Notes under the pieces: model-generated | The model's database searches: none | Told to the model about the DNA's origin: nothing | What the model saw: only the letters and a program-made list of their open reading frames with translations | Shown: positions 39,534-54,260 of the stretch, in pieces | Layout: every line of letters starts with the position of its first letter | Position numbering within the stretch: position 1 is the stretch's first letter | Position numbers and translations under genes: made by a program | Source: Alphaproteobacteria bacterium | GTDB lineage: Bacteria > Pseudomonadota > Alphaproteobacteria > Bin95 | Direction of reading: 5' to 3' | DNA length: 64,000 nucleotides | Assembly (NCBI GenBank): GCA_964291285.2 | Contig: OZ219788.1 | Location: 288,001 to 352,000, forward strand

Positions 39534-40679
39534 ATGCCGAGGCGGAAAAGGCTCACCGACGCCGGCATCGCAAGGCTTCGGGCCGGGGCGCGCGAATATA
39601 CGGTCTGGGATACCGGGGTCGCCGGGCTCGGGGTCAGGGTTCGCCCCTCCGGCAGCCGGACGTTCATCTACCATCGCAAGACGGCCGACGGGTTGCGGAA
39701 GATGTCCTTCGGTCCGGCAGCGCTGCGCAAGGTCGCGGATGTGCGCCGCGCCTGCATGGAGGCCGCGACCGGGGCCGCCGACGCGGACGCAGCCTGTCGC
39801 GAAAGGGCGCCGCTGTTCGGGAATTTCGTGGCCGGTCAGTGGGAGGCGGATTGTTTCGAGCGCTGCAAGCCGTCCACGCAGAGGAACTTTGCCGGCATTC
39901 TGAGACGGCAGCTGCTTCCGGCCTTCGGCTCCCGGCGCCTCGACCGCATCACCCGCAGCATGGTGCTCCGCTGGTTCGAGGCTTGCAGCCGGACCGCGCC
40001 GGGGGCGGCCAACGCCGCCCTCGCCCTGCTGCGGCAGATCCTCAACCACGCCATCGCCTGCGGGTACATCGAAACCAACCCGGTGCGCGGCATCCGCCGC
40101 AATCCCGGCCGGAAGATGACGCGCTTCCTGTCCCGAGAGGAAATCACACGGCTTCACCGTGTCCTCGATCGGTATGCGCAAGGGACGGTCTCGCAGGCTC
40201 AGCAGGCCGACATCATCCGCCTGCTGCTGCTCACCGGCTGCCGCAAGGGTGAGATCGTGTATTTGCGCCGGGAGGAAGTGAAGGACGCCCGGCTCGAACT
40301 TGCAGACGCCAAGACGGGACCGAGAACGGTCCTGCTGAACGCGCCGGCACGGGAGATCGTCGCGCGCCGGATGCGGCAGGGAAACGGCCCCTGGGTCTTC
40401 CCCTCCGTCAGGGACCCGTCCCGGCCCCGATGCCGGGAGCTTCCCCTCTGGTATCGGGTTCGGCGCGAGGCCCGCATAGAGGACGTGCGCCTGCACGACC
40501 TTCGCCATACCGTCGCCAGCCAGGCGGCGATGAACGGCGTGCCGCTGCCGGTCGTCGCTCGCCTGCTCGGACACGGCAATGTGCGCATGACGATGCGCTA
40601 TGCCCATGTCGGAGACCGCGAGATCGAGGCGGCGGCGGAACGGGTCGGGCGGGCGATTGCAAACTTGATGGCGAAGTGA
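39534..40679 (+). CDS. Tyrosine recombinase B, paralog of A
   Basis: WDTGVAGLGVRVRPSGSR; TGCR, DAKTG, HDLRH, LLGH, TMRYAH. Confidence 0.93.
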   Translation: MPRRKRLTDAGIARLRAGAREYTVWDTGVAGLGVRVRPSGSRTFIYHRKTADGLRKMSFGPAALRKVADVRRACMEAATGAADADAACRERAPLFGNFVAGQWEADCFERCKPSTQRNFAGILRRQLLPAFGSRRLDRITRSMVLRWFEACSRTAPGAANAALALLRQILNHAIACGYIETNPVRGIRRNPGRKMTRFLSREEITRLHRVLDRYAQGTVSQAQQADIIRLLLLTGCRKGEIVYLRREEVKDARLELADAKTGPRTVLLNAPAREIVARRMRQGNGPWVFPSVRDPSRPRCRELPLWYRVRREARIEDVRLHDLRHTVASQAAMNGVPLPVVARLLGHGNVRMTMRYAHVGDREIEAAAERVGRAIANLMAK

Positions 40680-40759
40680 TCGAGCTTCGCCGATGGCATA
40701 CCGTTTCTCACGGCCCCGGAACACGCTCCCAGGCATGACGACACGGCACACGGCACACG

Positions 40760-43893
<3,134 letters not shown>

Positions 43894-43897
<4 letters not shown>

Positions 43898-44363
43898 CGG
43901 GAAGGGACAGTCAACTGGTTCATGACGCGACGGATCATCAGGTCTTTGTTGGCCGGTGCGCTCTCGGCAATCAACGGGGTGAGCCGGTCAGCACTCGGGG
44001 ATCAAGCCGGCGCGCGACGCACTCCTGCGCCAGATAGGGCAGGAAGAGGAGCGCAGATGCGTTTGTAGTCGTCGGTGACGGACGGCCCTTACCAATGAAG
44101 TAGAGCAGATGCACCACCTCCTCCTCACAGCTGCGGCAGAGCGGTTCGCCGGACATGGTCCGCTTGATGTTGCGACGATAGCGTCCAGGGCATCGCTGCG
44201 CTGGTTGCCGAAGAGCGGCGATGCCTCGCCTCTCGCTACGAGAACGCGTCTCGGGTCCTTGATGGCATGGGTTGCGCGGTCGGCGTCGAGTGCACCGACA
44301 GCCGGTTTCACGCCGGCCGGCCTTTCCATGCGGTTTTCGTCGTATTCCAGGAAAAGACGCCAC
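43894..44363 (-). pseudogene. Decayed RhuM/Fic-like gene remnant
   Basis: Frameshifted pieces WRLFLEYDE, GEASPLFGNQR, EEEVVHLLYFI and [14 protein letters not shown]. Confidence 0.6.
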
Positions 44364-44420
44364 ATCTCGGTATTGGCCGAGCTGATGTCGGAAACAGCCG
44401 AGCCGGTATCGCCGGCCGGT

Positions 44421-45563
44421 TCAACCATATTCCGGATTATCTTCGTCATCGCGCAGGACGCTCTCCAGTTGGGGGTTCAGCAGCTTCCATCGCTGACGTA
44501 CCCGCTCGAGATCACCCTTGAGGATGACCGGCACCCGGTCCTTATGGGCCTGAACCACGCGCTCGTAATCGGCCTGTTCCAGAACCGCCGCGACCGACTG
44601 CCATTGCCCGTCGATTTCGGTGCGGAACCTGATCGTCCCGTCCACATCTTCCTCTTTGCGTTCCAGGACACGAACGAAGCCATACAGAAGCACATCGGGC
44701 CTTGGCGCACGCTCTCGCAGGGAGCGCGCGGCCTCGCGCAGCAATACGGCATCCTTCGATCCGAACTGGGAAACCGACGGCGGCGTCTTCACCGGCCGCG
44801 TCCGTGCCCACGAGACGCTGATATCCAGCTTCGGGAACGGTTCGACGATTCTGGCAAGCGCCTCACAGAGATTGGCGCTCACCCCGCTGGATACTGCCTC
44901 TCCGAAGGCACCGCCATCGTCGGAACCCGCCCGCTCTGCCGCCCGACGTACCGCGGCCAGCGCCTCGACAAGCCGTTTCGTCATCCGGCGAAAGATCGGC
45001 GCGTTAAGGTCATCCGAAGCCTCATCCTCGAACAACATTAGCATGGGCGGCGGCATGGCCGGTGTCAGCAATGTCACCACAAAACTGCCCTGGTCCGTCT
45101 GCCCAAGCCGCATCTGCCGCAAAAGGTCCGCCGCGTCCCTGTTTGCACGAGCACGGTACACCGGCCGCGGGTCATGAAGCGAGCACGCCGCCGCCAGCAC
45201 CAGGTCGCTGGCGCCATCGATCAGGGTCACGCCGTCGTTCAGTCCCAGGCTGCCGTCGTCGCTCTCCGCCGCCCGGATGCGAATCGCATCGCGGTCCGCT
45301 GTCGTGAGCGCACGGTAAACGGTCAACGTGTCCTGGTCGGCTACCTGCGCGAAGGTCTCGATCAACGCCGCCACGGCACTTGCATAGTCCCCGAGGCGCG
45401 TCGTCAGCGGCACGACGATTTCCGGCAACGTGTCGCCGACATAGATGTCCGAATGCTCGCGATACGAGTCGCAGCGGCTCCAACCCGCGATGCGGGCGTA
45501 GGCGGACAGCGCCGCCGGTGAAATCGCCAGCAGCGCGTCGCGGTCTTGAATGCTGACTTGCAT
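44421..45563 (-). CDS. Hypothetical protein, partner of the DUF4365-like gene
   Basis: 380 aa, start overlaps the upstream stop; GQTDQGSFV and GVSANLCEAL look like conserved motifs. Confidence 0.8.
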   Translation of the reverse strand: MQVSIQDRDALLAISPAALSAYARIAGWSRCDSYREHSDIYVGDTLPEIVVPLTTRLGDYASAVAALIETFAQVADQDTLTVYRALTTADRDAIRIRAAESDDGSLGLNDGVTLIDGASDLVLAAACSLHDPRPVYRARANRDAADLLRQMRLGQTDQGSFVVTLLTPAMPPPMLMLFEDEASDDLNAPIFRRMTKRLVEALAAVRRAAERAGSDDGGAFGEAVSSGVSANLCEALARIVEPFPKLDISVSWARTRPVKTPPSVSQFGSKDAVLLREAARSLRERAPRPDVLLYGFVRVLERKEEDVDGTIRFRTEIDGQWQSVAAVLEQADYERVVQAHKDRVPVILKGDLERVRQRWKLLNPQLESVLRDDEDNPEYG

Positions 45564-46063
45564 CAGAGTTCTCCCGTCCTGGATTGCTCCATCAGCCTTT
45601 GCAGGGCCTCAACATCGAGTATGTTCCGCTCGGGGATATGAACGGTAACGGTCTTCTGACCGGCGACTTCATCATGGCCCCGTTGCAGGCTCAGCCAGTA
45701 GGCGCGACGCCGCAGGATGAGAGCCTCCTCGGTCACGGACAACCAGCGCGCTTCGTCTTCGGGAAGCTCCAGCACCACGAGCAGCCGAGGCGTCTGCGTC
45801 CCGGCACGTAGATCGTCGTAGTTCTTCAAGGACAGTCGAAACGGCAGGACGCCGTTTCTTGGCCCGCTGAGATCGGCAGTGGCCTTGAGTTGCAAGTCGA
45901 GGGCCGGGCGATATGTACCTCCCGCCTGAACCCGCAGGTCGACGCTGTCGCGGTCCGGCGCCGGCACAGAAGTCAGAAACCCTGCACGCGCCGCCAGCGC
46001 CTTGACATAGACCAGGGACAGCCCCTCCTTCCTGTCAGGAGAGGTGAGCAGGCCGCCAGTCAT
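45563..46063 (-). CDS. DUF4365-like PD-(D/E)XK nuclease
   Basis: DRDSVD...DLQLKAT, YDDLR, PRLLVVL, AYWLSL. Confidence 0.75.
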   Translation of the reverse strand: MTGGLLTSPDRKEGLSLVYVKALAARAGFLTSVPAPDRDSVDLRVQAGGTYRPALDLQLKATADLSGPRNGVLPFRLSLKNYDDLRAGTQTPRLLVVLELPEDEARWLSVTEEALILRRRAYWLSLQRGHDEVAGQKTVTVHIPERNILDVEALQRLMEQSRTGEL

Positions 46064-47679
46064 GCAATCTCTCCGACAATCTGTTCAGCATCCCGAAGTC
46101 GGACTTCGCCGGACATCAGTTTGGGAAGCAGCCCGTGTAGAATGCCGACGAGAGAATGACTTTGCCGGGAAGCCGCACTTGCTCGAGCGATAGGCGGACG
46201 AACCAGATTTCCGAACGCGACGGCGACTTGCTCTGTCGGGCACGCAAGTGGGAATTTTTGCAAGGCTTGGGCCTGCACCCGCTGGCGACCGCTTGTACCG
46301 GTCATGTTCTGAATGGCAAATTCGCGGAAACGAAAACTTCGGGCGAGACAATATGCGAATTCATACGGAAGCGGAGACTTGGGGCGCAAGACAATGTACT
46401 CTGTGGATCCCCAACCTACCTCGCCTTCCTGCAAGAAATCGACATAGGCCGTCTTTCCGTTCTCTAGGCATGGCGTGATACGAGCCATAAGTGTATCGCC
46501 GTTCATGAACTTTGTCCCCGAGCCAAAGGGACGAGCAGAGATGGTATCAGGTATATGTCCCTTGGCTGGCATGTTCGCCATATCGAGGTACGGAGCGGTT
46601 TGCCCCTTGGGCAAACGCCGCAGGGGATTGACTGAGATCAGATCGTCGAGCGGGCTCACTTCCCACCCCTCCGGTATCTCGCCGATTTCGGAATTGGCGA
46701 AGCGGTCGGGAAACAGTTTCCATATTTCGGGAGGCAGATAGGGCGCACGCCCTTCCATCTTCGCCCGGACCGGCCCGAAATCGACGAACCAGTCCTTGAA
46801 GATCGCCCGCGCCATCGCCTCCAGCGTCCCGTTCATGCGCCGGTTCAACGCGATCTTGTCGTCCAGCGCGCCGAGGATGCCCGCAATCGCCCGCTGCTCG
46901 GGAAGGGGTGGTAAATCGATGTTCAGATTCTTGATATCCGAGGGCCTTATTGACGGATAAGCCGAAGTACTGTGTTCGGCAATGGTATGAAGCTGGTTGA
47001 TAATTCGTTCCTGAACAAGAAACCAATAGATGAAACCAGTGTCAGCAATGTCTTCACGCGCACGAAACACCGCAAAGCCAGTAGATGCGAGAAAATTCTC
47101 TGGAACATCCCGTAGCAACCCGAAGTGCCTCTGATTGGGCCGGACGGTTGAGAATACGATGTCGCCCGGTTCAATTTTGCGACGCGCACGGTCAGGCAGC
47201 TTGTCTTTGTTCAGCTTCAGGCATTGAATCCTCTCTATTCGGTTATCTGTGATGCTGCCTGTATCAAGGTAATTGACAAATGGCCAATCTTCCTTCGGGG
47301 AATATGTTGCTTCATTCATTACGGTGCATTCGCCAAGTCGTATCCTGTGCCAATGATTGGCAGGAACTAGCGGTTTGGCCAGTACCACATGGTCTCGCTC
47401 AATTTGCTTCCGGAAGGAGCCCGGCACGTCATCCCAGACGAACAGGTCCACCCGGAATGGGAGACTGCTTTCCTCCAACGCTTCCCGGAGGTCGGAAACG
47501 GCGCGCTTCTGTTCGGGCGTCGCGAACACCACCATATCGATGTCGGATTGGGGGCGAGAGGTCCAACTGACCCGGGAACCGTAAGCCCAAGCCTTGGTGT
47601 CCGGGAGATGGCGTTCGAGCAACGCCAGAATATCTTTGCGTTGCCCGGCGGTGATGTCGATGGAGAAGTTTATTCCCAT
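46060..47679 (-). CDS. hsdS: Fusion of a minimal nucleotidyltransferase (MNT) and type I RM specificity subunit
   Basis: N-terminal YGSRVSWTSRPQSDIDM..LPFRVDL; then two TRDs with PPLPEQRAIA..LDDKI, IPEGW, LLPKLMSGE. Confidence 0.9.
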   Translation of the reverse strand: MGINFSIDITAGQRKDILALLERHLPDTKAWAYGSRVSWTSRPQSDIDMVVFATPEQKRAVSDLREALEESSLPFRVDLFVWDDVPGSFRKQIERDHVVLAKPLVPANHWHRIRLGECTVMNEATYSPKEDWPFVNYLDTGSITDNRIERIQCLKLNKDKLPDRARRKIEPGDIVFSTVRPNQRHFGLLRDVPENFLASTGFAVFRAREDIADTGFIYWFLVQERIINQLHTIAEHSTSAYPSIRPSDIKNLNIDLPPLPEQRAIAGILGALDDKIALNRRMNGTLEAMARAIFKDWFVDFGPVRAKMEGRAPYLPPEIWKLFPDRFANSEIGEIPEGWEVSPLDDLISVNPLRRLPKGQTAPYLDMANMPAKGHIPDTISARPFGSGTKFMNGDTLMARITPCLENGKTAYVDFLQEGEVGWGSTEYIVLRPKSPLPYEFAYCLARSFRFREFAIQNMTGTSGRQRVQAQALQKFPLACPTEQVAVAFGNLVRPPIARASAASRQSHSLVGILHGLLPKLMSGEVRLRDAEQIVGEIA

Positions 47680-48086
47680 ATCTGTTCGGTCATCGTTTGG
47701 TAGAGGCCTATGGCGTCGTCGATAAACGTGGGCATCAATGCCAGGCAGGCTTTCGCTTTCTCGCCGTCGTAATCGTGCGACGTATTGATACGCGCTTCCG
47801 CATATTCAAGCCAATCTTCCAACGGAGAAGCGAACAGGCTGTTTTCATGTGCAAGCCTGAAGAGAGGCTTGGGACTGTTGGGTACTTCGGCAATGCCGAG
47901 TTTCTCGTTAAGGTATCTTTTCAGTACCTTCCACAAGTAGTCGTAGCAGGTCTCGAAGCGCTGAATGACCGACTCGGCGACCCCTTCCCGGGTCATTTCG
48001 GATAGTCCTTCGTCGGGCGACTGATAGTTGTCATGTTGCTCCTCCAGGCGTTTCAAGGACAACTCGAATTTTCCATAGTCGATCAT
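47670..48086 (-). CDS. HEPN-domain protein (HI0074-like nucleotidyltransferase substrate-binding family)
   Basis: IQRFETCY, SPK, Rx4H motif RINTSH followed by DY. Confidence 0.85.
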   Translation of the reverse strand: MIDYGKFELSLKRLEEQHDNYQSPDEGLSEMTREGVAESVIQRFETCYDYLWKVLKRYLNEKLGIAEVPNSPKPLFRLAHENSLFASPLEDWLEYAEARINTSHDYDGEKAKACLALMPTFIDDAIGLYQTMTEQIWE

Positions 48087-48108
48087 GTACAGCCCTTCCG
48101 CACCGCTT

Positions 48109-48356
48109 TCACCAGGAAGAGCGGCGCAAGACCAGCGCCTCAACGGTTCCGGCCGCATCCGGCTCCCCGTCAGGCAACCCTTCGGGGTCGCCGTGCTTTC
48201 CCTGCCAGGACTCCGTTCCCGTATCGAGGTCGATCTTCTTCACAATCATGCGCTCGGGAGACAGATCATCGTAACCCCCTTCGTAGCCGTCCACCACGAC
48301 ATGCAGCACGGGCGGATAGCCGCCAGGCAGCTCGATCAATTCCGCAACCGTCATGC

Positions 48357-48360
<4 letters not shown>
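48109..48360 (-). CDS. Small hypothetical protein
   Basis: 83 aa, overlaps the hsdM stop; [17 protein letters not shown]. Confidence 0.55.
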
Positions 48361-49961
<1,601 letters not shown>

Positions 49962-50179
49962 GCTGCGCCCTTTCCGGTCAAATCCTGCGCCGCCACCCTA
50001 GGTCTCCGCTTGCCGGACATTTCCCCGAAGGCGCTCCGCGATGGTCGGCGCAAGGCAACCTTTAGCGCGCCGCCAGACAGCCTGCAATCGACCCCATGAG
50101 ACGACCGGCGCGGGAACGGCTTATGGCGGATCCCGGCCCGGCGCAAGAAAACGCCGATGCTGCCCTTGCCCGCGCCTGC

Positions 50180-53100
50180 TCATTGTGTGGCGATTCCGTA
50201 CAATTTTTGAAACCGGAGGTCGCCAGAAATTCCGCAATTCCCGGCGCACAGAGCGTCAAGCAATTTCTTGAGACCGGGCTTGTTATAGTCCGGCAGAACA
50301 TCGATTACCTTATTCAGCACCTTGAGCAATGGCTCCGGATGCTGTTTCGCGCAGCCATTCCTGTTGAGAACGAAGAAGCTATGCCCGACGCCGCCGCTGC
50401 CTTCCACGGGCCGCAAATATGTCAGCCACCATTCCGCCGCCTGAGGAAATGCATCGCCGCACTCCGCAAGCATCTTCAGTATCGCTTCCGAGATCTTCGC
50501 AGTATTGCGGCCCTGCTCTCGCGGCCAGTAGCTGCAAAGCCAGCGGTGCAATTTCTCGTCCCAGATCCGCTGCCGTTCGTCAGGTGTCCCGGTGAGGCGC
50601 CGCCTCAGGCTCCCAAGCACAGTCACCAGCCCTTGTTCGGGCATGGGGGCGACAACGTCGCGAATCTCTTTCTCAGTCAGATCTCCCGGCGCATCAAGGC
50701 AGACCGCCATGAACAGGTCTCTCAGTCGGCGCATTCTCCGGTCTTCAAGCCTGTCGTCGTGCAGGATTTCGAGAAACGGCGCCCTGATGGCTTTCAGGAG
50801 GTCCGGACCCAGACCTGGCGACCAGCTGTATGCAGACCATAGGTCGACAGCTTCCTGTGACTTCAGGCAGGCGAGGCGCGCGATCAGGTGCTGCCGGGTC
50901 CACTCAGCGTCGACCGCAAACAGCGGGCGCAATCTGGTCGCCAGAAGCACGCGGCCTGGATGCCCGAGCGGGTCTTCGGCCATGGCGTCGAAATACGGCC
51001 GGACCGGTGGAGGGAATCCCGCTCCGGCTGGCAGTTCGTATTTCGACAGCCGGGTCAATGCCGCTTCCGCCAGCTTTCCGGCCGGATGGTTCAAGGCGTT
51101 CGTCAGGGTTTCATTCTGGTCGGCCATCTCCGATTCGCCCTCGCCCTTTCCGACCCAGGATTTCATCCAAAGGACACCGAATTCAGCTTCCCGATCGGTT
51201 TCCCATGCGTCCGCAAGCTGTTTCACGAAGCCCGCGACGGCGGACGCTACCTCGCCGAACAGCTCGCCGGGAGCCTCGGCAAGGATTCTTGCCGCACAGG
51301 CGTGCAGTTCCGCCGGCCGCTTTGGTTCCGGCAGCTCCCAGAGGAAATCCCGCCAGTACCCTGCAGGCCATTTGCCCTGTTTTCCGAGCTGTCGCAGCGC
51401 GGAAAAAACCTCTGCCGGTTTCCGGGCAGCCAGCCCTCGCAGTCCGTCCTGAACGATTTCCCCGGTATCGAGCGCCACCACGATGTCTTCGACCGATCCC
51501 TTGAGGAGATGCTTGGGCGCATAATCTTCGATGCCGATTCGTTCATACTTTACCTCGCCAAAAAATTCATCGATCTCTCCCTCGATTTCCTCCATTTTCT
51601 GGGTTATTGTTTCAGCCATCGCTCTTGATTTCTTGTCCAGCTTTATCCCGGACATGCCCAGCATGTGCAGGAACAATGCCTGTTCTTTGCGCAACCCTTC
51701 GTCACTGCCGAAGGATTCCCGGATTTTATTCGATTTCGGTCCAGCGTGAATTGCGTCAATGATGTCGCTGCGGAGATCTCGGGGTAACCGCTTGCCCGCC
51801 AATCTCAGAAAACGCATCGTTTCGCGCCGCATATCGAAGTCCCAGAGACCGAGGTTTCGACCTCCCAGAAGCAATTTCTGGGCAAGCCGAATATCGGCTC
51901 TCGGGTTTTCGGTCAGCGCGTGCAGCGCCAGCCTCCCGAACAGCGGCTCTTCGGAGTCCGCCCAGCGAAGGAGAAGATTGTACGCGCGTCGGCTCTCGTC
52001 GGGAACCAGCGCAAGATAACTGTCCCGCGCCAGATCGATGAGGCGGGTCCAGTTGTCGAAATCGTTGTTTTGCTCGTGAGGCGCGATCGACGGCCGATAC
52101 AGGTACGACCGCTGGTAGACATTGCCATCGGCCTTACCCAGGGAAAGGGCGTGTTCGAGATGATCGGTCAGCGTCTCGGCGTGTCTCGAAAGCACTTCCC
52201 GGTCATCGAGAATAGCCTTGAATAGCGCCCAAACCCTGTCGCATGCCGACATCAATTCGAGATGTCCGCATGTATCGATGGGCTGCGGCGCTTGCGGGGT
52301 ATTCTCGTAATTCAGCCGTACTTGCCGGACCATGGAAAGACCCGGTCGGACGACGAGACGCGGCCGGATACTCTCCATGACCTTGTCCTCGATGAGCCTG
52401 CGTTCGTCGGGGGACATCGCGGCCCGATGACGGTCGGAAAGCCAGAGCCCGTTCCAGGGATCATCGGGCCTGCTGCCCAGAAGAACGGTCCAGAGCAGTC
52501 GCAGCCTGTCGGGAATGTCCGGAAGCGCGGAAGCCCGCTCAGTCAGACGGCTCTCGACCTGCTGGCGAAGAAGAGGGTGGAGATGAGCGCCGTTCCGAAG
52601 CGCCCAGGCCAGCAGTTGCGGCACATGCAGATGGTTGGCCAGCCAAACCGAGAGATGGTGCCTTGTCCTATCCAGATTGTAGGGATTCACCGATTCGAGA
52701 CCGGTATCTACGAGATGCCGGTCCGTCCCGTTAGCGGCAGAGCGCAGCAGACCCTTTTCCGCGAACATGTCGAGCCACTTCTCGAACTTTGCATGGTCCT
52801 CCTCGTTCGACATGGGAGGGGCTTCGGCAAGCGCCTGTGCGGCCGATGCGTCCTGTAGCGCCCAGACGACCCGTTCCACAACCGGCCCGGCCGGCATCTT
52901 GTTAATCTCGTCGATGGCGATCCGGGAACGGGCTCGAAGGGGATCGCTTCGGATCCGCGCCCATTCAATCAGTGTGTCTGCGAGAAGGCGGTGTCCGTCC
53001 CGCTCGTCATAGAGGATCGGTTCGACATTCTTCGCGACCCAGGCGTCACGCGCCCTGGATATCCCGGCTTCGGAACCATCCATGGCGGCGAATGCCCAAG

Positions 53101-53836
53101 CCATTCCGAAGCCCGCGCCCTTTGACCGCTCGGCGGCAAGGGCGTCGACCATGTACCCCATGACAGGATCGTCGAGGCTGTAGCCGACGAAGACGACCGA
53201 GAATTCGCGAAACAGTTCGGTGACGAACCTCGCCGCCCAGCGCTCGGTCAGATATGCGCGCCCGAAATCTGCCGCGGTCAGCACCAGGTTCGAGCCATCT
53301 TCCTTCGGTGCGATGCGGCCGTGCAGATGCACCAGGCTCGACCAGGCATGAGGCTTGGGTATCGGAAGCCGGGGCGCGGCATCGACCGTCAGGGATTCTT
53401 CCGCCGCTTCGGCAAAGCGGTTGTCGAAATTGGTGGTAACAAGTCGGACGCCGCTGTCGAAATTGGTGGTAACAGGTCGGACGCCGCGTTCAGTCCGCGA
53501 CAGCTTGAGCAATGCCTTGTGGAGTTTCAGGTCACCGCTTCGCGGTCGAGAAAGCCGGTCGATGACCGCACCCCGCAAGTGGTTCGCGCCCAGGCGGCGT
53601 TCCAGAAGCCCGAGCGCCCTGTCCCAGGCCCCGCTACATAGCGCTTGCCGTTCGGCGGGATCGGGTTCGATGTGGTTGGCATCATATACATGTTTCACGA
53701 GGGCTTTGAAGCTCGGCAGGTCAGACCCTTCTGCCATCGAGACCCCGGCGCCGCAGAAGAAAACGACATTGCCGTCGTCCAGCCCGTTCAGGAGGGGCGC
53801 CGGAATGTCCGGGCCGTCTTCAATCAGTTCAGGCAT
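50180..53836 (-). CDS. dsr1: Defence-associated sirtuin, Dsr1-like (1218 aa)
   Basis: GPDIP..VVFFCGAGVS, TTNFD, HLHG, DFGRAYLTERWAARF, FVGYSLDDP; long helical C-terminus. Confidence 0.8.
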   Translation of the reverse strand: MPELIEDGPDIPAPLLNGLDDGNVVFFCGAGVSMAEGSDLPSFKALVKHVYDANHIEPDPAERQALCSGAWDRALGLLERRLGANHLRGAVIDRLSRPRSGDLKLHKALLKLSRTERGVRPVTTNFDSGVRLVTTNFDNRFAEAAEESLTVDAAPRLPIPKPHAWSSLVHLHGRIAPKEDGSNLVLTAADFGRAYLTERWAARFVTELFREFSVVFVGYSLDDPVMGYMVDALAAERSKGAGFGMAWAFAAMDGSEAGISRARDAWVAKNVEPILYDERDGHRLLADTLIEWARIRSDPLRARSRIAIDEINKMPAGPVVERVVWALQDASAAQALAEAPPMSNEEDHAKFEKWLDMFAEKGLLRSAANGTDRHLVDTGLESVNPYNLDRTRHHLSVWLANHLHVPQLLAWALRNGAHLHPLLRQQVESRLTERASALPDIPDRLRLLWTVLLGSRPDDPWNGLWLSDRHRAAMSPDERRLIEDKVMESIRPRLVVRPGLSMVRQVRLNYENTPQAPQPIDTCGHLELMSACDRVWALFKAILDDREVLSRHAETLTDHLEHALSLGKADGNVYQRSYLYRPSIAPHEQNNDFDNWTRLIDLARDSYLALVPDESRRAYNLLLRWADSEEPLFGRLALHALTENPRADIRLAQKLLLGGRNLGLWDFDMRRETMRFLRLAGKRLPRDLRSDIIDAIHAGPKSNKIRESFGSDEGLRKEQALFLHMLGMSGIKLDKKSRAMAETITQKMEEIEGEIDEFFGEVKYERIGIEDYAPKHLLKGSVEDIVVALDTGEIVQDGLRGLAARKPAEVFSALRQLGKQGKWPAGYWRDFLWELPEPKRPAELHACAARILAEAPGELFGEVASAVAGFVKQLADAWETDREAEFGVLWMKSWVGKGEGESEMADQNETLTNALNHPAGKLAEAALTRLSKYELPAGAGFPPPVRPYFDAMAEDPLGHPGRVLLATRLRPLFAVDAEWTRQHLIARLACLKSQEAVDLWSAYSWSPGLGPDLLKAIRAPFLEILHDDRLEDRRMRRLRDLFMAVCLDAPGDLTEKEIRDVVAPMPEQGLVTVLGSLRRRLTGTPDERQRIWDEKLHRWLCSYWPREQGRNTAKISEAILKMLAECGDAFPQAAEWWLTYLRPVEGSGGVGHSFFVLNRNGCAKQHPEPLLKVLNKVIDVLPDYNKPGLKKLLDALCAGNCGISGDLRFQKLYGIATQ
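53422..53487. repeat. In-frame 33-bp tandem duplication in the sirtuin TTNFD motif
   Basis: TGTCGAAATTGGTGGTAACA(A/G)GTCGGACGCCGC x2. Confidence 0.92.
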
Positions 53837-53929
53837 GGCGAATTGTACCGTCGTTCATTTGGCGCCGGCCTCATGCGGGTCATCGGGTAATGTTGCCGCC
53901 TCCCAGTAGCGGTTTCTGTAGAATTTCGC

Positions 53930-53977
53930 TGCACTGCTAAACTCGTGCACTGCTAAACTCGTGAACCCGTGCACCCG
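53930..53977. repeat. 16-bp direct repeat x2 plus two 8-bp near-repeats between dsr1 and the relaxase
   Basis: TGCACTGCTAAACTCG x2, then TGAACCCG TGCACCCG. Confidence 0.85.
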
Positions 53978-54260
53978 AAGCGTCTTTAACCTTCATAGCC
54001 CGATTCGCAATCCGCTTGCTGATCCTGTCGGGAGCGCCGCACAGCCCGGGCCCGGCATAGGCGCCAGCAGCGAACAGGCGGCGCAGCCAGAGAGGATGAA
54101 TGGCGCATGGATTTCAGCACGGGCGTCGCGACGTCGTTTCCCTAAATACCCGTGCCGAGCCTCGGCCTTGAGCCTTTCCGGCAGCTGGCACGGCGGTCAC
54201 GGCTTCGGCGGCCTCTGGACGGTTGACACGCCGCCGTCCGCGATGGGGTAAGCTCCGCCG

